Shown here one piece after another: positions 26,455 through 39,354 of a stretch of DNA of 64,000 nt; the first letter of the stretch is position 1, and every line of letters starts with the position of its first letter. The position numbers were made by a program, and so were the translations under genes. This DNA is from Octopus vulgaris (lineage: Eukaryota). The stretch spans positions 54,684,001-54,748,000 of the forward strand of contig OX597831.1 of NCBI GenBank assembly GCA_951406725.2, read 5' to 3'. The notes beneath the pieces were generated by a model. That model was not told where the DNA came from, did no database searches, and worked only from the letters and a program-made list of their open reading frames with translations.

Positions 26455-26668
26455 GTTTTAAATTTTGGCACAAGGCCAGCAATTTCAGGGGAGGGCCTAA
26501 GTCGATTACATTGATCCCAGTGCTTAACTGGTTCTTATTTTATCAATCCTGAAGGGATGAAAGGCAATGTCAACCTTGGTGGAATTTGAACTCAGAATGT
26601 AAAGATGAGTGAAATGTCACTTAAGCATTCTGCCTGGCTTGCTAACACCTTCTGCAAGATCACTGCCT
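26455..26668 (-). mobile_element. SINE family A
   Basis: gggatgaaaggcaatgtcaaccttggtggaatttgaactcagaa core. Confidence 0.85.
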
Positions 26669-28034
26669 TTATAGTGATTATGTATGAAACAGACAATTCA
26701 ATTGTAAGACCATAGACTATATAGTGAACATAGACAATTCTATCATAAGACCGCCATAGTGACTATGTAGAGAAGACAGACAACTTTGTCATAAGACCAT
26801 AGACACTGTATAGTCAACTGAAACTAGTCATTTGACCATAGTGTCAATGTATACTAAGCAGAGACAATTCTGTCATGAGATCATCAAAACTACACTCTCT
26901 AATAAGAAATAGTTATACAACTTTAGGGACAGCTTGGACCTACTTATAAATCTCCACAATCTATTGCAAAATTCTGTTACTTGAAAAAATCAGTCTTTTA
27001 AGGTTGTCATTTGTTTGATAAATAGTTGATTTGAATTGTTAAAGAACCATAATGTAAAATAATGACCTTTGAGTGTCTTATTTAATTTTTAGAAATATCT
27101 TTTACTCGTTAGTCTTTCATATACGGTGGAAGTCACATCGTGTGATTACTTTGGGCTCCAACCCAATGTGATCATAATAACTAGCTGATAACATTAAGTG
27201 CATTTAGGTAACAATAACTGACTGGTGTTATTAAGAGCAGAGGATACAACAATATCCTGGGCTTGTTTGGCTTCCATTAGTTTTACTAACAAAAGTCATA
27301 AAGAATACCAAATAAATGTGCACCATTGTTTAATATTTTGTAAGCGATTAGTTTTGTTAAACTTCTAAAGGATGAAAATTTCAATATGATTGCATCTAAT
27401 ATAACTCACAGCTTTGATTTTGTATGTGAAACATTTTTCAGATCCCACAAACTACTCTTTTAGGAAATTAGTTGAAAGTTAAATGGTGTGTTTCTATCAT
27501 CAGTCAGACCGCTTGTATTAAAAAATATATGACATACCAGAAACAAAATGGTTGGATGACTAGAATGTTTGGCTTCTAGCTCATAGATAAAATTCACAAC
27601 AGGTTATTCACTTCATATTTTTGTTTAAAATTTTACACTCTGTTTTCTCTGCCTTGGTTCATGTTGTGGGGTAAAGTACAAAATCCTATGCAGATGTTAT
27701 CTAGGTTCAACTGGCCTGTTCTCCAGTGGCAAAATTTTTATGTGTTTAATGCCGGTTCTTAAGATGAGTTGGTGAGGAAGCTTCTATATTATCACTTGAT
27801 CTGCTAGAAATAGTTGCCAAATCACCTTTGAAATATTCCTTACTGTCTAGAAAATAAAAAAAAAGATATAGTAATATATTCTTAGATATTGGGTAATGTT
27901 TTCCTGCTTACTTAAGCCTTTTGCACTCAATGATGTGACTTTTCTTCACTATTCAATGACTCTGCTATGTCTTTCTCTAAAGAAAGGCCTTCCTCTTCCA
28001 AGTCTTGGTTTTGAATTGTCATTGATGCTTCTAA

Positions 28035-28210
28035 GTAGGGTTGTTGGCTCTATATGAGCCCATTTTTATCTCTGGGAACAGGTGATCCTTATTAGTCTAG
28101 CCTTTATCTTTTGACCTGTCCAGCATGGGAGACCCTACCAGGAGATTGTGCTATGCTGGCATAGCTTACTGGGTCGTTGAGGTATACAAGCCATCACACT
28201 GGACCTTGTA
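28035..28210 (+). mobile_element. RTE LINE 5'-UTR-like fragment
   Basis: gacctgtccagcatgggagaccctaccagg...ggcatagctt..gggtc..tgagg..acaagcc resembles RTE-clade 5' regions. Confidence 0.55.
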
Positions 28211-28959
28211 GGAATAATGTATTCCTAAGTACTTGGAAATATACAGGATGATCCTAGATGGAATCATAGGTCTATTTTAATCAGGGGTTACATGGGACTA
28301 AACAACAGCTGGTCCTTTATTTTTTGTTTTATATTTTATTTACTCTGGAGAAAGGAGCTGTGTCCATGGCCTTTGCAGACCCTCTCCGACCTGTATATCA
28401 ATGGGGTCAGGTTTGAAGAGTTGCAGACAGACAGCTGCAAGAAAATCCCAAGCTTTGTAAGCAATTCCAGAGGGTGATGCCCTGGTGTGAAAGAACTAGG
28501 AGAATGGGCTTATATGCAGGGTCTGGTGAGAGGCAGTATGGGATGTAAAAGGTGGAAAGGAAAGTGAATCAGGAGATAGCACAAGGCAGCCAATTCTGAG
28601 AAGCAGATGACATCACAGTAGTAGTGTTAACAAAGACTTGTCTGTAAACTAGATATTGAAGTGTGTCATCCATCCATGACTCCCTGTATCCATCCTTCAA
28701 CTACCAATTTTTTTTTACTGTTGTTCCTTACCTCCAATTTCCTCATCTCTTACTCATCATACATTCTTGCAAACTCCCACCGACACTCCTAAGTTTTCTG
28801 TCCATGTTCACCTCTGATCACTTCATACCTTAAGGAGCTACCTGCACCTGCAGCTCCTACTAATCAGTCTTGCCTTCTCTCGTACTTTAATCCTACAGTT
28901 ACTCACATGAAGTGCCCCCCCCCCCCCCTGCTTCAGGTTTTGTTTTTCTTGTAAGCTGC

Positions 28960-29435
28960 ATGGCAACTTCATTAATGCTGGTGGCACATGAAGAGCACCC
29001 AGTAAACACACTGTAAACTGGTTGGCAACCATGCAAAAGGAAACATCGGAGCATGATGCAGTCTTTGGAGACCTATCAGATCCTGTTTAAACCATCCAAT
29101 TCATGCCAGGTGGAGCATGGACATTAAATGATGATGATATTCACAAACTTTGATTTCATCCATAACGTTCATAAAACAATAACTGTATAAACTAGCAGAA
29201 TACGCAATCATACCATAAGATGTAAAATAAACTTTGCATCCTTTAAATATTGTGAAGTGTGTAAAAAGCACCCACTACACTCATGGAGTGGTTGGCGTTA
29301 GGAAGGGCATCCAGCCATAGAAACATTGCCAGATCAGACTGGGCCTGGTGCAGCCTTCTGGCTTCCCAGACCCCAGTTGAACCGTCCAACCCCTTGCTAG
29401 CATGGAAAGCGGATGCTAAACGATGATGATGATGA
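28960..29435 (+). mobile_element. Two SINE family D 3' parts (28960-29140 old; 29260-29435 young)
   Basis: gttggcgttaggaagggcatccagcc...catggaaagcggatgctaaacg(atg)n. Confidence 0.85.
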
Positions 29436-29569
29436 TTGTGTTGCCTGAATGAACGTGTCTTTATTATAGTGTTATATTGTTTTTATATTCTGAGATATGA
29501 ATCTGATGAGTTTAAATTTCACAGCAGCTGTAACATTGTATTGGGACTTATCGTTTCACTCAACCGACC

Positions 29570-29870
29570 TGTGCATGGCTTAGTAGTTAGGTTATTCAGC
29601 TCACAATTGTAAGGTCATGACTTTGATTCCCAGCAATGTATTGTGTCATTAAGTAAGACAGTTTATTTCTTGTTGCTCCAGTCCAATCAGTTGGCAAAAA
29701 TGAGTTGCATCTGTAATTCAAAGGGCCAGCCTTGTCACATTCTATGTTGTGCTGAATCTTCCTGAGAACTATGCCAACGGTGTATCTGTGGAGTGCTCAG
29801 CCTCTTGCAGGTTAATTACATGAGCAAGCTGTTTCTCTTGATTGAATCAACTGAGCCAGGCCAACGGAAG
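29570..29870 (+). mobile_element. SINE family B
   Basis: gttgctccagtccaatcagttggcaaaaatgagtt core after a tRNA-like head. Confidence 0.72.
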
Positions 29871-30444
29871 AACAAGCATGTATCATTACGATTTAAACTA
29901 AAATGAGCTAAAAGAAATATTCTCAGAGTGGCCAGTGGCTTGTATTTGAACAACACAGACAAATACAGGCCTACTAAATACCATACAACAAAAATCGTTG
30001 TTTTCTTAAGATTATCTACTCCCATCTCTAGAGGATATATCATAATTAACAAAATGGTAATTAAGACCAGCTCCACATGAGAATGGAAGATAATCTCAAG
30101 AGTCAAGAATTCTCAAAATTGACATCCAATTAAAGAAAGGGATAGGTTTATAGCTTGGAGATAAGAAAACAACCATGGTCATGTGCTTCTGGCTCAAATG
30201 TCCAACTTTATCTCTAGCAACTCTGATCTTCTAAGGACATACACATGTTCTACTCATTTTTGTATAAGTCTAAGTACTTTGGATAAACAGTGTTATGCAC
30301 CTGAAACTTTCTCTAAGGACTTTTCTTTCTCCTTACTTTCCAAAGCTCTACATAACTTTGAATTACAGATCTTCAAACTGAACAATATCAGTAATATAGC
30401 AAAAAATTACAATGATCACAATACCCCATAGCCTCTGGTTTCCT

Positions 30445-30648
30445 AATAATCCTTTCTACTAAAAGCATAAGGCTTGAAACTGTAGTTGATCACATTGACC
30501 CCAGTGTGTAACTGGTACTTATTTCATCAATTCTGAAAGGATGAAAGGCAAAGTTGACCTCTGTGGAATTTGAACTCAGAGCAAAAGACGAACAAAATGT
30601 CACTAAGCGTTTTGCCTGGTGGGCTAACAAGTCTACCAGCTCGCCACC
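30445..30648 (-). mobile_element. SINE family A
   Basis: 19-bp TSD cctctggtttcctaataat. Confidence 0.88.
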
Positions 30649-31008
30649 CTCTGGTTTCCTAATAATACATCTCATTTGTTATCATCATCATTTTTTTGCC
30701 TGCTCCCCCCCTGCCCATCCATGCAGTCTTGAACTGGATGAGCATCATTGAAGCAGCTCTTTTCTTTCTTGACAAACCTTAACCTGTTTTTCAGGTAAGA
30801 TGTGTTCATTCTACAGCTCTTCACACATCAAAACCATCAAGCTGTGGGACATATTGTTCACAGGAGACTTAAGCATTGACAGTGTGAAGGCTTGCGTATA
30901 TAAGCACTCATATACATACACACACATGCACAACATGCTAGGTTTGGGAGAGAGAAACTGTACAGAAGCTCAATGTTTAATGTATGTATGTATGTATGTA
31001 TGTATGAA

Positions 31009-31041
<33 letters not shown>

Positions 31042-31059
31042 TTATTTATATGTATAGTT

Positions 31060-31260
31060 ACTCCAAACATGAACAAAGAGAAAACACAACAACGCGAGGA
31101 CGTGGAACAAGTATAGTGTTATTGGACGCTCAGGAAAGGAAACAAAGAAGGAGGATTTAACGTTTCGAGTGGAGCTCTTTGTTAGAAACGAAGAAAAAGG
31201 AAAGGTCCAAGGAAGGGAAGGCGGAGAAAGAAAATCACCAGCAATACACACGCGGTCATA
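31060..31260 (-). mobile_element. Penelope-type terminal repeat fragment with a decayed minimal hammerhead
   Basis: Minus strand reads gttt-CTAACAA-agagctccactc-GAAACGTT-aaat at 31155-31189. Confidence 0.55.
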
Positions 31261-31266
31261 TATACA

Positions 31267-32350
31267 CAGAGTGCAGTGAATAAATTGTCTGAATTATGCA
31301 AAAATGAAAATAACGCTGACATCTCATTTTAACAGATATATTTTCCAAAATTACATAAAAATATCTTGAAATATTAAAGAGTAAATTTATTCAATAAAAT
31401 CACCATTGGCTTCAGCCATGGCCTCCAGATGACTTCAGAATCTCCTGCAACTCATCTGGACAGTCTCCTTGTTTAAGTTGGTGAATGCTGTCATAATCCT
31501 TGCCTTCAGTTCATCCTTGGCGTTACAAGGAGTTTTGTTGGTCCCTTGCTCAACTGCACCCCACACATAATAATCAAGGGAGTTGTAGTCTGTAGAGTTA
31601 GGTGGCCAAATGTTTGGCGTAATGTGGTCACAGAAGTTGTCTGACATCCATGACTAGGTTCTCCTGCTTGTGTGACATAGTGTAGAGTCTTGTTGCCAGA
31701 TATAGGGTCTTCTAGCAGCCACCCTCTTGACCAAAAGCAGCACTACCTCCTTCAGTCACTTGATATAGGCCTCCGTGTTGAGACTGAGGTTGTGTGGGAA
31801 GATGTATGGAGGCATAACGTCATCATAAATAATCACTCCAGACACCATGATGTTGACTGGATGTTTTATCAATCTCGGTACCTGTTTTGGGGACACAGCA
31901 AGCCAGCAGTTGTTCTGTGTGTTCACTATCTGATCCTAGCAGAAATTTTTCTTGTCTGAGAAAAACCTAAGCATGTTTTGTTGGAGGGAATGCTTGAGTT
32001 TGTTCAGAAACTTTGTAGCATGGTCTTTCCTCTTGTCCTTGATGACTTTGGATAAAAATTGGCCCTTTCTCATCTTGTATGAGGAATACCGAGTGTCATC
32101 ATGCACTACTTGCCTAAGAAACTCAGACACCCCCATGTTCTAGTGATGGACCTGATTGGCTTGGAGGGTTCGTTCTCAATCATGGCCTGGGTCTCACCAA
32201 CAAATTCAGGAGTTCTTTTCTTATCACAATGATCAGAGCGAGTTTCCCAAGCTGCCATACCTTCGTAATCACCATTAGATTCATCCAACTCTTTCTGAAT
32301 CCTCTGCACTGTCCTCAGATTGACACTCAAACACTTTGAAATGTTTGTAT
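31267..32350 (-). mobile_element. maT family (DD37D) transposon fossil
   Basis: FFSDKKNF...RPYIWQQDSTLCH...WPPNSTDYNSLDYYVW; 37 residues between the second and third catalytic Asp; stops and frameshifts present. Confidence 0.9.
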
Positions 32351-32529
32351 ATGTTCCATGTACTCATGCTTCATATTCTTTTGTTGTACACATTTCATGG
32401 CGTCCTGTGCCCATGTATGCTTATATATATATATAATTTCTTGCTGAACAACCTGCACAAAATGATTTGTTTCTAGTGATCAAATGTTTGTCCTGCTCGT
32501 TAGCTCACTCTCTCCATTAAAATTTTACC

Positions 32530-32680
32530 TGTACAGGTCCCCAAGTTAGACCAACCAAGCTCATCGATGTTATCTACCCATCTTGTTTACAGTCCACACC
32601 TGGGTTTCCTGCCAATCAGTTTTGCCCATAAAACCTGTCCAGCAGTTCTTTCTTGAGACATTCTTACTACATGCCTTTAG
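32530..32680 (-). mobile_element. RTE LINE 3' coding fragment
   Basis: HVVRMSQERTAGQVLWAKLIGRKPRCGL*TRWVDNI resembles the GHV.RM...R..GRP..RW.D motif of RTE ORF ends. Confidence 0.65.
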
Positions 32681-32784
32681 TATTAGGGCTGTGATCACTC
32701 AATAGAAGAAATCAACTTATTTTGTTGTCCAAAAGATTTTCTGTTGATCTGAGGCATACTAGATCTAACATTAAAGTGTGCTTA

Positions 32785-33180
32785 AACCTTTGCTTTCCAA
32801 CCACATGGTTCTGAGTTCAGTCTCACTGTGTGGCACCTTGAGCAAGTGTCTTCTACTATAGTCTCAGGCCAGCCAAAGCCTTATGAGTAGATTTGATAGA
32901 AACTGAAAGAATCCTATTTCTTTACTACCCAGAAGGGGCTAAACATGGAGGAGACAAACAAGAACAGACAAACAGATTAAGTCAATTACATCGACCCCAG
33001 TGTGTAACTGGTACTTAATTTATCGACCCCGAAAGGATGAAAGGCAAAGTTGACCTCAGCGGAATTTGAACTCAAAACGTAACAGCAGACGAAATACGGC
33101 TAAGCATTTCGCCAGGTGTGCTAACGTTTCTGCCAGCTCACCGCCTGCCATATATATATATGTGTGTGTGTGTGCGTATC
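32785..33180. mobile_element. SINE family C (+) with nested full-length family A (-, 32915-33146)
   Basis: Family C head ends at gaaactgaaagaa, followed by the reverse-complement family A copy. Confidence 0.88.
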
Positions 33181-33436
33181 TAATACACCTGCTTGCTCCC
33201 TCACCTGTCTTTGTTTTGTGAACATTTGAACTAACAGATGCTTGTATCGTCAGCCTCTAAGGGACATGCTCAACTGATTATGGTTGAGCAACTGAATGCA
33301 GATCTGTGGTATTGAGCAGAATATTATCTGTAGCTCATCCTTTACCCCAAGATGAAACATGTACATGTTAACACTTCCAATCAGTTAAGATCAGATATCA
33401 TGCGAGTCATTGCCTGGTTTATTATTAACTATTATT

Positions 33437-33654
33437 GGCAAGCTGGCACCATTGTTAGCATGTTGGACAAAATGCTTAACAGTATTTTGCCAGTCTTTAC
33501 CTTCTGAGTTCAAATTCCACTGAGGTCGACTTGGTCTTTCATCCTTTCGGGGTCGATAAATTAAGTACCAGTGAAACACTGGGGTCATGCAATTGACTAG
33601 CCCCCTACCACCAAATTTCAGCCTCGTGCCTATAGTAGAAAGAATTATTATTAA

Positions 33655-33688
<34 letters not shown>

Positions 33689-33690
33689 TC
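33437..33690 (+). mobile_element. SINE family A with (ATT)n tail
   Basis: gagttcaaattccactgaggtcgacttggtctttcatcctttcggggtcgataaattaagtacc. Confidence 0.88.
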
Positions 33691-33780
33691 CATCTAAAAA
33701 TAAGTAAAATTGGTAGACAAAGTGCTTGATGGTATTTAATTTACATTCCAAATTCATTTCCTTCTGGAATCAACTTTGGC

Positions 33781-33880
33781 TTGATAAAATAGGTACCAGC
33801 CCAGTACTAGGGTTGATAAAATAGGTACAAGCCTAGTACTAGAGTTGATAAAATAGGTACCAGCCCAGTACTAGGGTTGA
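33781..33880. repeat. 32-bp tandem repeat, 3 copies, derived from a family A SINE core
   Basis: ttgataaaataggtaccagcccagtactaggg repeated three times. Confidence 0.88.
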
Positions 33881-34282
33881 TTCACCATTAATCCTTATGC
33901 TACACTCTGCTACCCTTTATCCTACTCACTAACCACTGTTCCATATACAAACCTTTACACTGCACACCACTTACAGTTAAACATGGCAAACTTGTAAAGA
34001 AGTAACTATGTGGTTGTTTGACCTGCTAGAAAGAACAACCAAATCACATATATCACAAATTAGCATTTTAAAGAAGGAATGACATATTGGGTAATGAGGT
34101 AGTTCTAGGTATAGAAACATGCACTGAAAGACGACATGGTCATGGCTGGAATGCACTAGATCATATCTCTAATTAGTCAGGATAGACTTTGGGCTAAAAC
34201 ACAATCTGATCTCACACCACCCTTTACACTGCATACCAGTCATGTTTACACTACATGAGATATTTAAATGTTACACAAGTCA

Positions 34283-34602
34283 TAGGTATAGATGTGAATG
34301 TTGGAGTACTGAGTTCACTTCATAACCACATGGCTTTGATTTCAATATCACTGCAGGAAACCCTGGGCAGATGTGTTCTGTTATAACCTTGAGCTAACCA
34401 ATGCTTTGTAAGTGAATTTGGTAGATGGAAACTGTATGGAAGCCACTTACGTGTGTGTGTGTGCGTGCATATTTGGCATTAGAATTTTTCTTTTGCCCTT
34501 CTTTTGTAAATTATTTATAAATTTAACCTTTAAAGGTATTTTTTGATATGCTGGCCATTGATAAAATTTTTTTCTCTGAAAAAATGTTTATCCTACATTA
34601 GT

Positions 34603-34649
<47 letters not shown>

Positions 34650-34810
34650 GATGGGTTTCCACTCAGTTTCCATTTACTAAATTCACCCACAAGATATTGG
34701 CTGGGCTGGAGCTATAGTAAAAAATACTTGCCCAGGTGCCGTGCAATGGTACTGAACCCAAAACTGCATAGTTGCAAAGTAAACTGCTTATCTACACAGC
34801 CATGCCTGCA
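34283..34810. mobile_element. Two inverted family C SINE 5' halves (34283-34470 +, 34645-34810 -)
   Basis: Family C head motifs in opposite orientations. Confidence 0.7.
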
Positions 34811-35769
34811 CTTATATGTGTGTGTGTGTGTGTGTGTAGTTGTGTGACTGAATGTTGATGTTTTGTGGCTTCACTTGTCATCATCTCAGTGAAACAGTGA
34901 TATGGTATTTACATCCCTTGTTAATATGACTGGCCACTGTGCTTGTGAAGACCAGTGGGAAAAAAATTCTTTAGTTGGAAATCAGATAAAATTTGGTGAC
35001 AAGAAGGGTTTTTGGCCAAATAAGTACCTTCTTCAACCCTTTCTTGTATGAGAAAATGGGTGTTGAATAAAAAGTACACCGTTAAAAAGAAAGCATTATA
35101 CATAAATGTACACACACAGATACACACACACAGTCCACACCTCCTATTACATTAAACACATCACTAAGCCTTAGACACTCCCATCCCATCAATCATTATG
35201 CTATGCACCACTAAACATTCGACAAGACACACCCACATCTATCATTATGAACTGCCTCCACCAATCATTAAACCATAACCACAACCACAAGCCAATGAAG
35301 GAGTTTTGACTCACTAAAATTTGCAAACAAATTTCCCTCAAATCACTCTTACCATGTTAAAAAAAAATTGTTTGTGAGTGTGTGTGTGTGTGTGATGTTT
35401 GCTCAGTCAAGGATGATCTGGAGTTAAGCAATAACAACACTATAGACCACTTACAATTATACAATCATTACAGCACATCTCATTAATCATTGCACTATAC
35501 TTTTTCAACAATTGCATCACACACTTGTAATAATTACTAGACCACACTTCAGTGATTATTGCATCACACACCAATGATTATTTTTACATGCACCATAAAG
35601 TAACGAGATAATTTCTGCTTGATTGCTTGACCTGCTATAAATAGCAGCCAAATTTCCTTTGCAAGTCACATTACAATGAATTAAATAAGGAAGAACACAT
35701 TAGACTTAATGGTAATCTTTCAAGTCTGAGGAAGATGGTTCTGTCACTTCTTGCTGGAGAACTGAAACA

Positions 35770-36025
35770 GATGATTTGTTTCTAGTGGTCAAGTGTTTGT
35801 GTTGTGCATAAGCTTGCCCCCCCCCCCCATCAAATTGACATTGCCTGTACAGGTGCACAAGTGTGCCATACATCAGATGTTGAGGTGATCGCAGAACAAT
35901 GTGAAAATGGAGTGTAAATGAAGTGTTTTACTCAAGGACACAATACTCCACCCTGTCTGGAAATTGAAACCATGGTCTCTTGACTGTGAGTGCAACAGCT
36001 TAACCATTAGACCATATGCCTTCAC
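35770..36025 (-). mobile_element. SINE family B
   Basis: aaatgaagtgttttactcaaggacaca...attgaaacc...aaccattagaccatatgccttc. Confidence 0.72.
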
Positions 36026-36414
36026 ATTAGATTACGTATAGTTATATGCCCCTAAAATAGACAAGATTGCCACAACTGGAATGTCTGTAATCATAGGTAT
36101 ACTCAATCAGAGTTGACCATGGGTTAAACAACATCACCACTAACTATTAATCCACTAATCCATCAAACCAATGATAACTGAATCATTCCTTACTGTTATT
36201 ATATTGCCTTCAATTTGTTCACAGCTGGAGAACAAATGTTTGAACTATGCTGTGAACATTGTGAAGTGTTTTGCATAGTATTTGTTTTGATAGTAAATAC
36301 TACATTAATAGTGTTATTTAGAGCATTGTTGATCATATTAATTGCATAATTTTGTGTTGTTTGACATCTTCTTGACTTCTGTTGCAATTGGATTCACATT
36401 CAGGATGCATCACT

Positions 36415-37250
36415 GAAATTGATTCAGTACTTGACTGGTACTTTATTTTATCAATTCCAGAAGGATGAAAGGTCAAGCTTACTTCATTTGTATTTGAACT
36501 TAGAACTTAAAGAGACACAAGCTAATAATACTGGCATTTAGTCTGATGCTCTTGTGATTCCTTCAATTCATTGCTTATAATGACCTCAGTAGTGCTGGTG
36601 ACATGAGAAAAAGTACCCAGTACATGCTGTAATGTGGTTCACATTAGGAGGGGCATCCAGCCAGTGAAGCCATGCTGAAGCAGAAATCAGAGCATGATGC
36701 AGTCCTTGGATCCATTGGATCCTGACAAACCATCCACCCAATTTGCATCAGCATAGAACATGGACATTAAATAATGATGATGATGATGATATAACATCGG
36801 TATTGCTTAGCATGCTGCTAATTATATTAGCATTAACAATCAATATAATTACTGCCAATAAGGCGGTGAGCTGGCTGAATTGTGCCTCTAAGCATTTTGT
36901 CTGTCTTTATGTTCTGAGTTCAAATTCCATTGAGGTCATCTTTGTCTTTCATCATTTTAGGCTCAATAAAATAAGAACCAGTTTAATACTGGGGTCAATG
37001 TAATCAATTTACCCTCACCTTTGAAATTGCTGGCCTTGTGCTAAAATTTGAAACCAACATAATTATGTGCAGGTGGCACGTAAAAAGCACCCACTACACT
37101 CACGGAGTGGTTGGTGTTAGGAAGGGCATCCAGCTGTAGAAACACTGCCAGATCAGACTGGGCCTGGCGCAGCCTACTGGCTTCCCAGACCCCAGTTGAA
37201 CTATCCAACCCATGCTAGCATGGAAAACGGACGTTAAACGATGATGATGA
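36415..37250. mobile_element. SINE cluster: A (-, 36415-36570), D (+, 36585-36790), A (+, 36860-37057), D (+, 37070-37250)
   Basis: Family-diagnostic motifs in each segment. Confidence 0.8.
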
Positions 37251-38599
37251 TAATTACTGACAGGCTGAAGAAGATGATTAGCATAGTATTTAGCATGCAG
37301 TTAACATATGTTGTTAACTGTGTCCTATTGAATGTGTTTCAAATTACATCAGCAAATTATACTAGTTTTGTAAGTACTATGTTAGCTTGTTTATTTGGTT
37401 AAGTCGCTAATATTGTTAACATTGTCTTAGCTATATTATTTGGTTGGAGTGTGCTGAATTATATATTGACTTTTATATAGAGCATCTATAATTTGTTTTG
37501 TTGTGTCTGAACATAAATGAGTTCTGTTACTTGACAAGCCCTTACTCAATGAACTTTATCCTACTGGAAGTTGTCTTTCAGTTTTTTTTGTTTCTGTTTT
37601 TACTATTATATTTCAAATGTTTCTCTTAGCCAATGTCTCTTCAGTGTTATTCAAGCATTAGTTTAATAACTTCAGTTATAATGTTAATCCTCTTGATGGT
37701 ATTTTCTTGAGCTGTGGGTAATTTCTATTGTTTAAAATAAAAAGTAATAAAAAAAAAATTAGCGAGTTGTATTTTCTCCGAGATTGCATGTTGGAACTAA
37801 AACAATAGCATTTGTGATGAAAGACATTTAAAACACAAACACACTCACACACACACGTATGTGCACGTGTTTTTTTTTCTGTAATAATATTCCAAGTGGA
37901 AAAGAATATAGCCATGTAGCACATATATATATATATGTATGTAAAAGAGCTTTTTGATACTTAAATAGTACATGTTACTGTTACGAAATAAAAGAAAAAT
38001 GAATATAGCTCTATCAAAATGCAAATATCATTTGATCTGTTACAAATTGTGTGAAGTTCTTGTTTTCTTTGTTGTTAATTTTTCAGTCATTAATTCTCTT
38101 AGCATTTGCTCTGATTGGCATTAAATTTGAAACTCAGAAATTTTATGAAAGAAATAAATATACTCTCTCTCTCACTTGCTCTCTCTCTCTCTTGCTCTCT
38201 TTCTCTCTCTTGCTCTCTCTCCTTCTCTCTCCATCTCTTCATCTTTCTTTTCTCTTTTTCTCCCACTCTCTTTCTTTACCTCCATTTTATTAGTCCAGAC
38301 CCTGACTACATCAATTGTGTTGTACTCCTAAGTAAAACATCCTCTTGATTGTTTTGGTTTGCCTAATTAACAAAAAATAGATTTGACTCCTACATTATAA
38401 TCAAGTGGTTATCAGTAGGTGTTTTAGTTAAGAAGAAAGAAAACAATGGGAGAGGGAGAGAGAGAGAATGTTTAATTCAACATTTCATAATCTTCGTCTT
38501 CTTTTATGCCAATTCCATTCCTAATGCATCAATATTTATAAGAGTCCTAAGATTTTTTTTATTGGGACCAAGTCACTCACTGTCACCTTGCGGTGGGGT

Positions 38600-38975
38600 T
38601 TTATCATTTACTTGTTTCAATCATTAGATTGCGGTCATCCTGGGGCAACACATGTAAGAACTTTTAGTTGAATGAACTGACCCCACAGTACTCATTTTTT
38701 TAATTTTTAAAGCCTGGTGTTTACTTACAGGGACATAAACACACCAACACCAGTTGTCAAGCGGTAGTAGTGTTAAACACAGACACAAAGACACACACAC
38801 ACACACACACGACAGGCTTCTTTCAGTTTCCATCTACCAAATCCACTCACAAGGCTTTGGTCAACCGGAGGCTATACAGAAGACATTTGCCTAAGGTACC
38901 ATGTACTGTAGTGGGCCTGAACCCGGAATCATATGGTTGAGAAGCAGACTTCTTACCACACAGCTATGCCTGTAC
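38600..38975 (-). mobile_element. SINE family C
   Basis: Reverse complement of the full family C structure. Confidence 0.85.
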
Positions 38976-39354
38976 CTACCATTAGTTCCCTTCTTCCTTT
39001 CTTTTGGGTTTCATATTGTTTCAAAAAACTTTACAGGAATTTAAAACACACTTACAGCATAAATTACAATGGTGATTAGAACATATCATTCGCATGATTA
39101 TTCTGTTCTAGTCTTTTTTTAGTTATCAAATAATTACATGAAATTCTCTAACTTCTCTCTCCATTGATCCATTTCTGAAGTTAAAACATATCTAAGTGTC
39201 ACAGATGGCTGAGATCTTACCTAGCAATATTTCTTTCGATTGCACATTAAAAAGCCAACAGCACACTAATGAAATAAGGTTTTTTTGGTTTCCTACTTCA
39301 TTTGTTTTACAACTTAAAGACAGCCATCAACAAACTACTTGTTTTCCTTGTCTA

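Larger units (their letters stand above)
21960..26890. repeat. Large diverged 43-bp minisatellite array with TE insertions
   Basis: Consensus read by eye gtcataagaccatagagactatatagtcaatttagacaacaca; tens of degenerate copies. Confidence 0.88.

Noticed and set aside
21960-26890. CRISPR-like array (regular repeats with a palindrome)
   Set aside because: Units are directly adjacent and uniformly degenerate, with no unique spacers and no cas genes; the context is eukaryotic
36225-36350. Phase 1 acceptor followed by a hydrophobic 40-codon frame
   Set aside because: Low-complexity TTG/TAG-rich DNA among SINEs; explainable by chance
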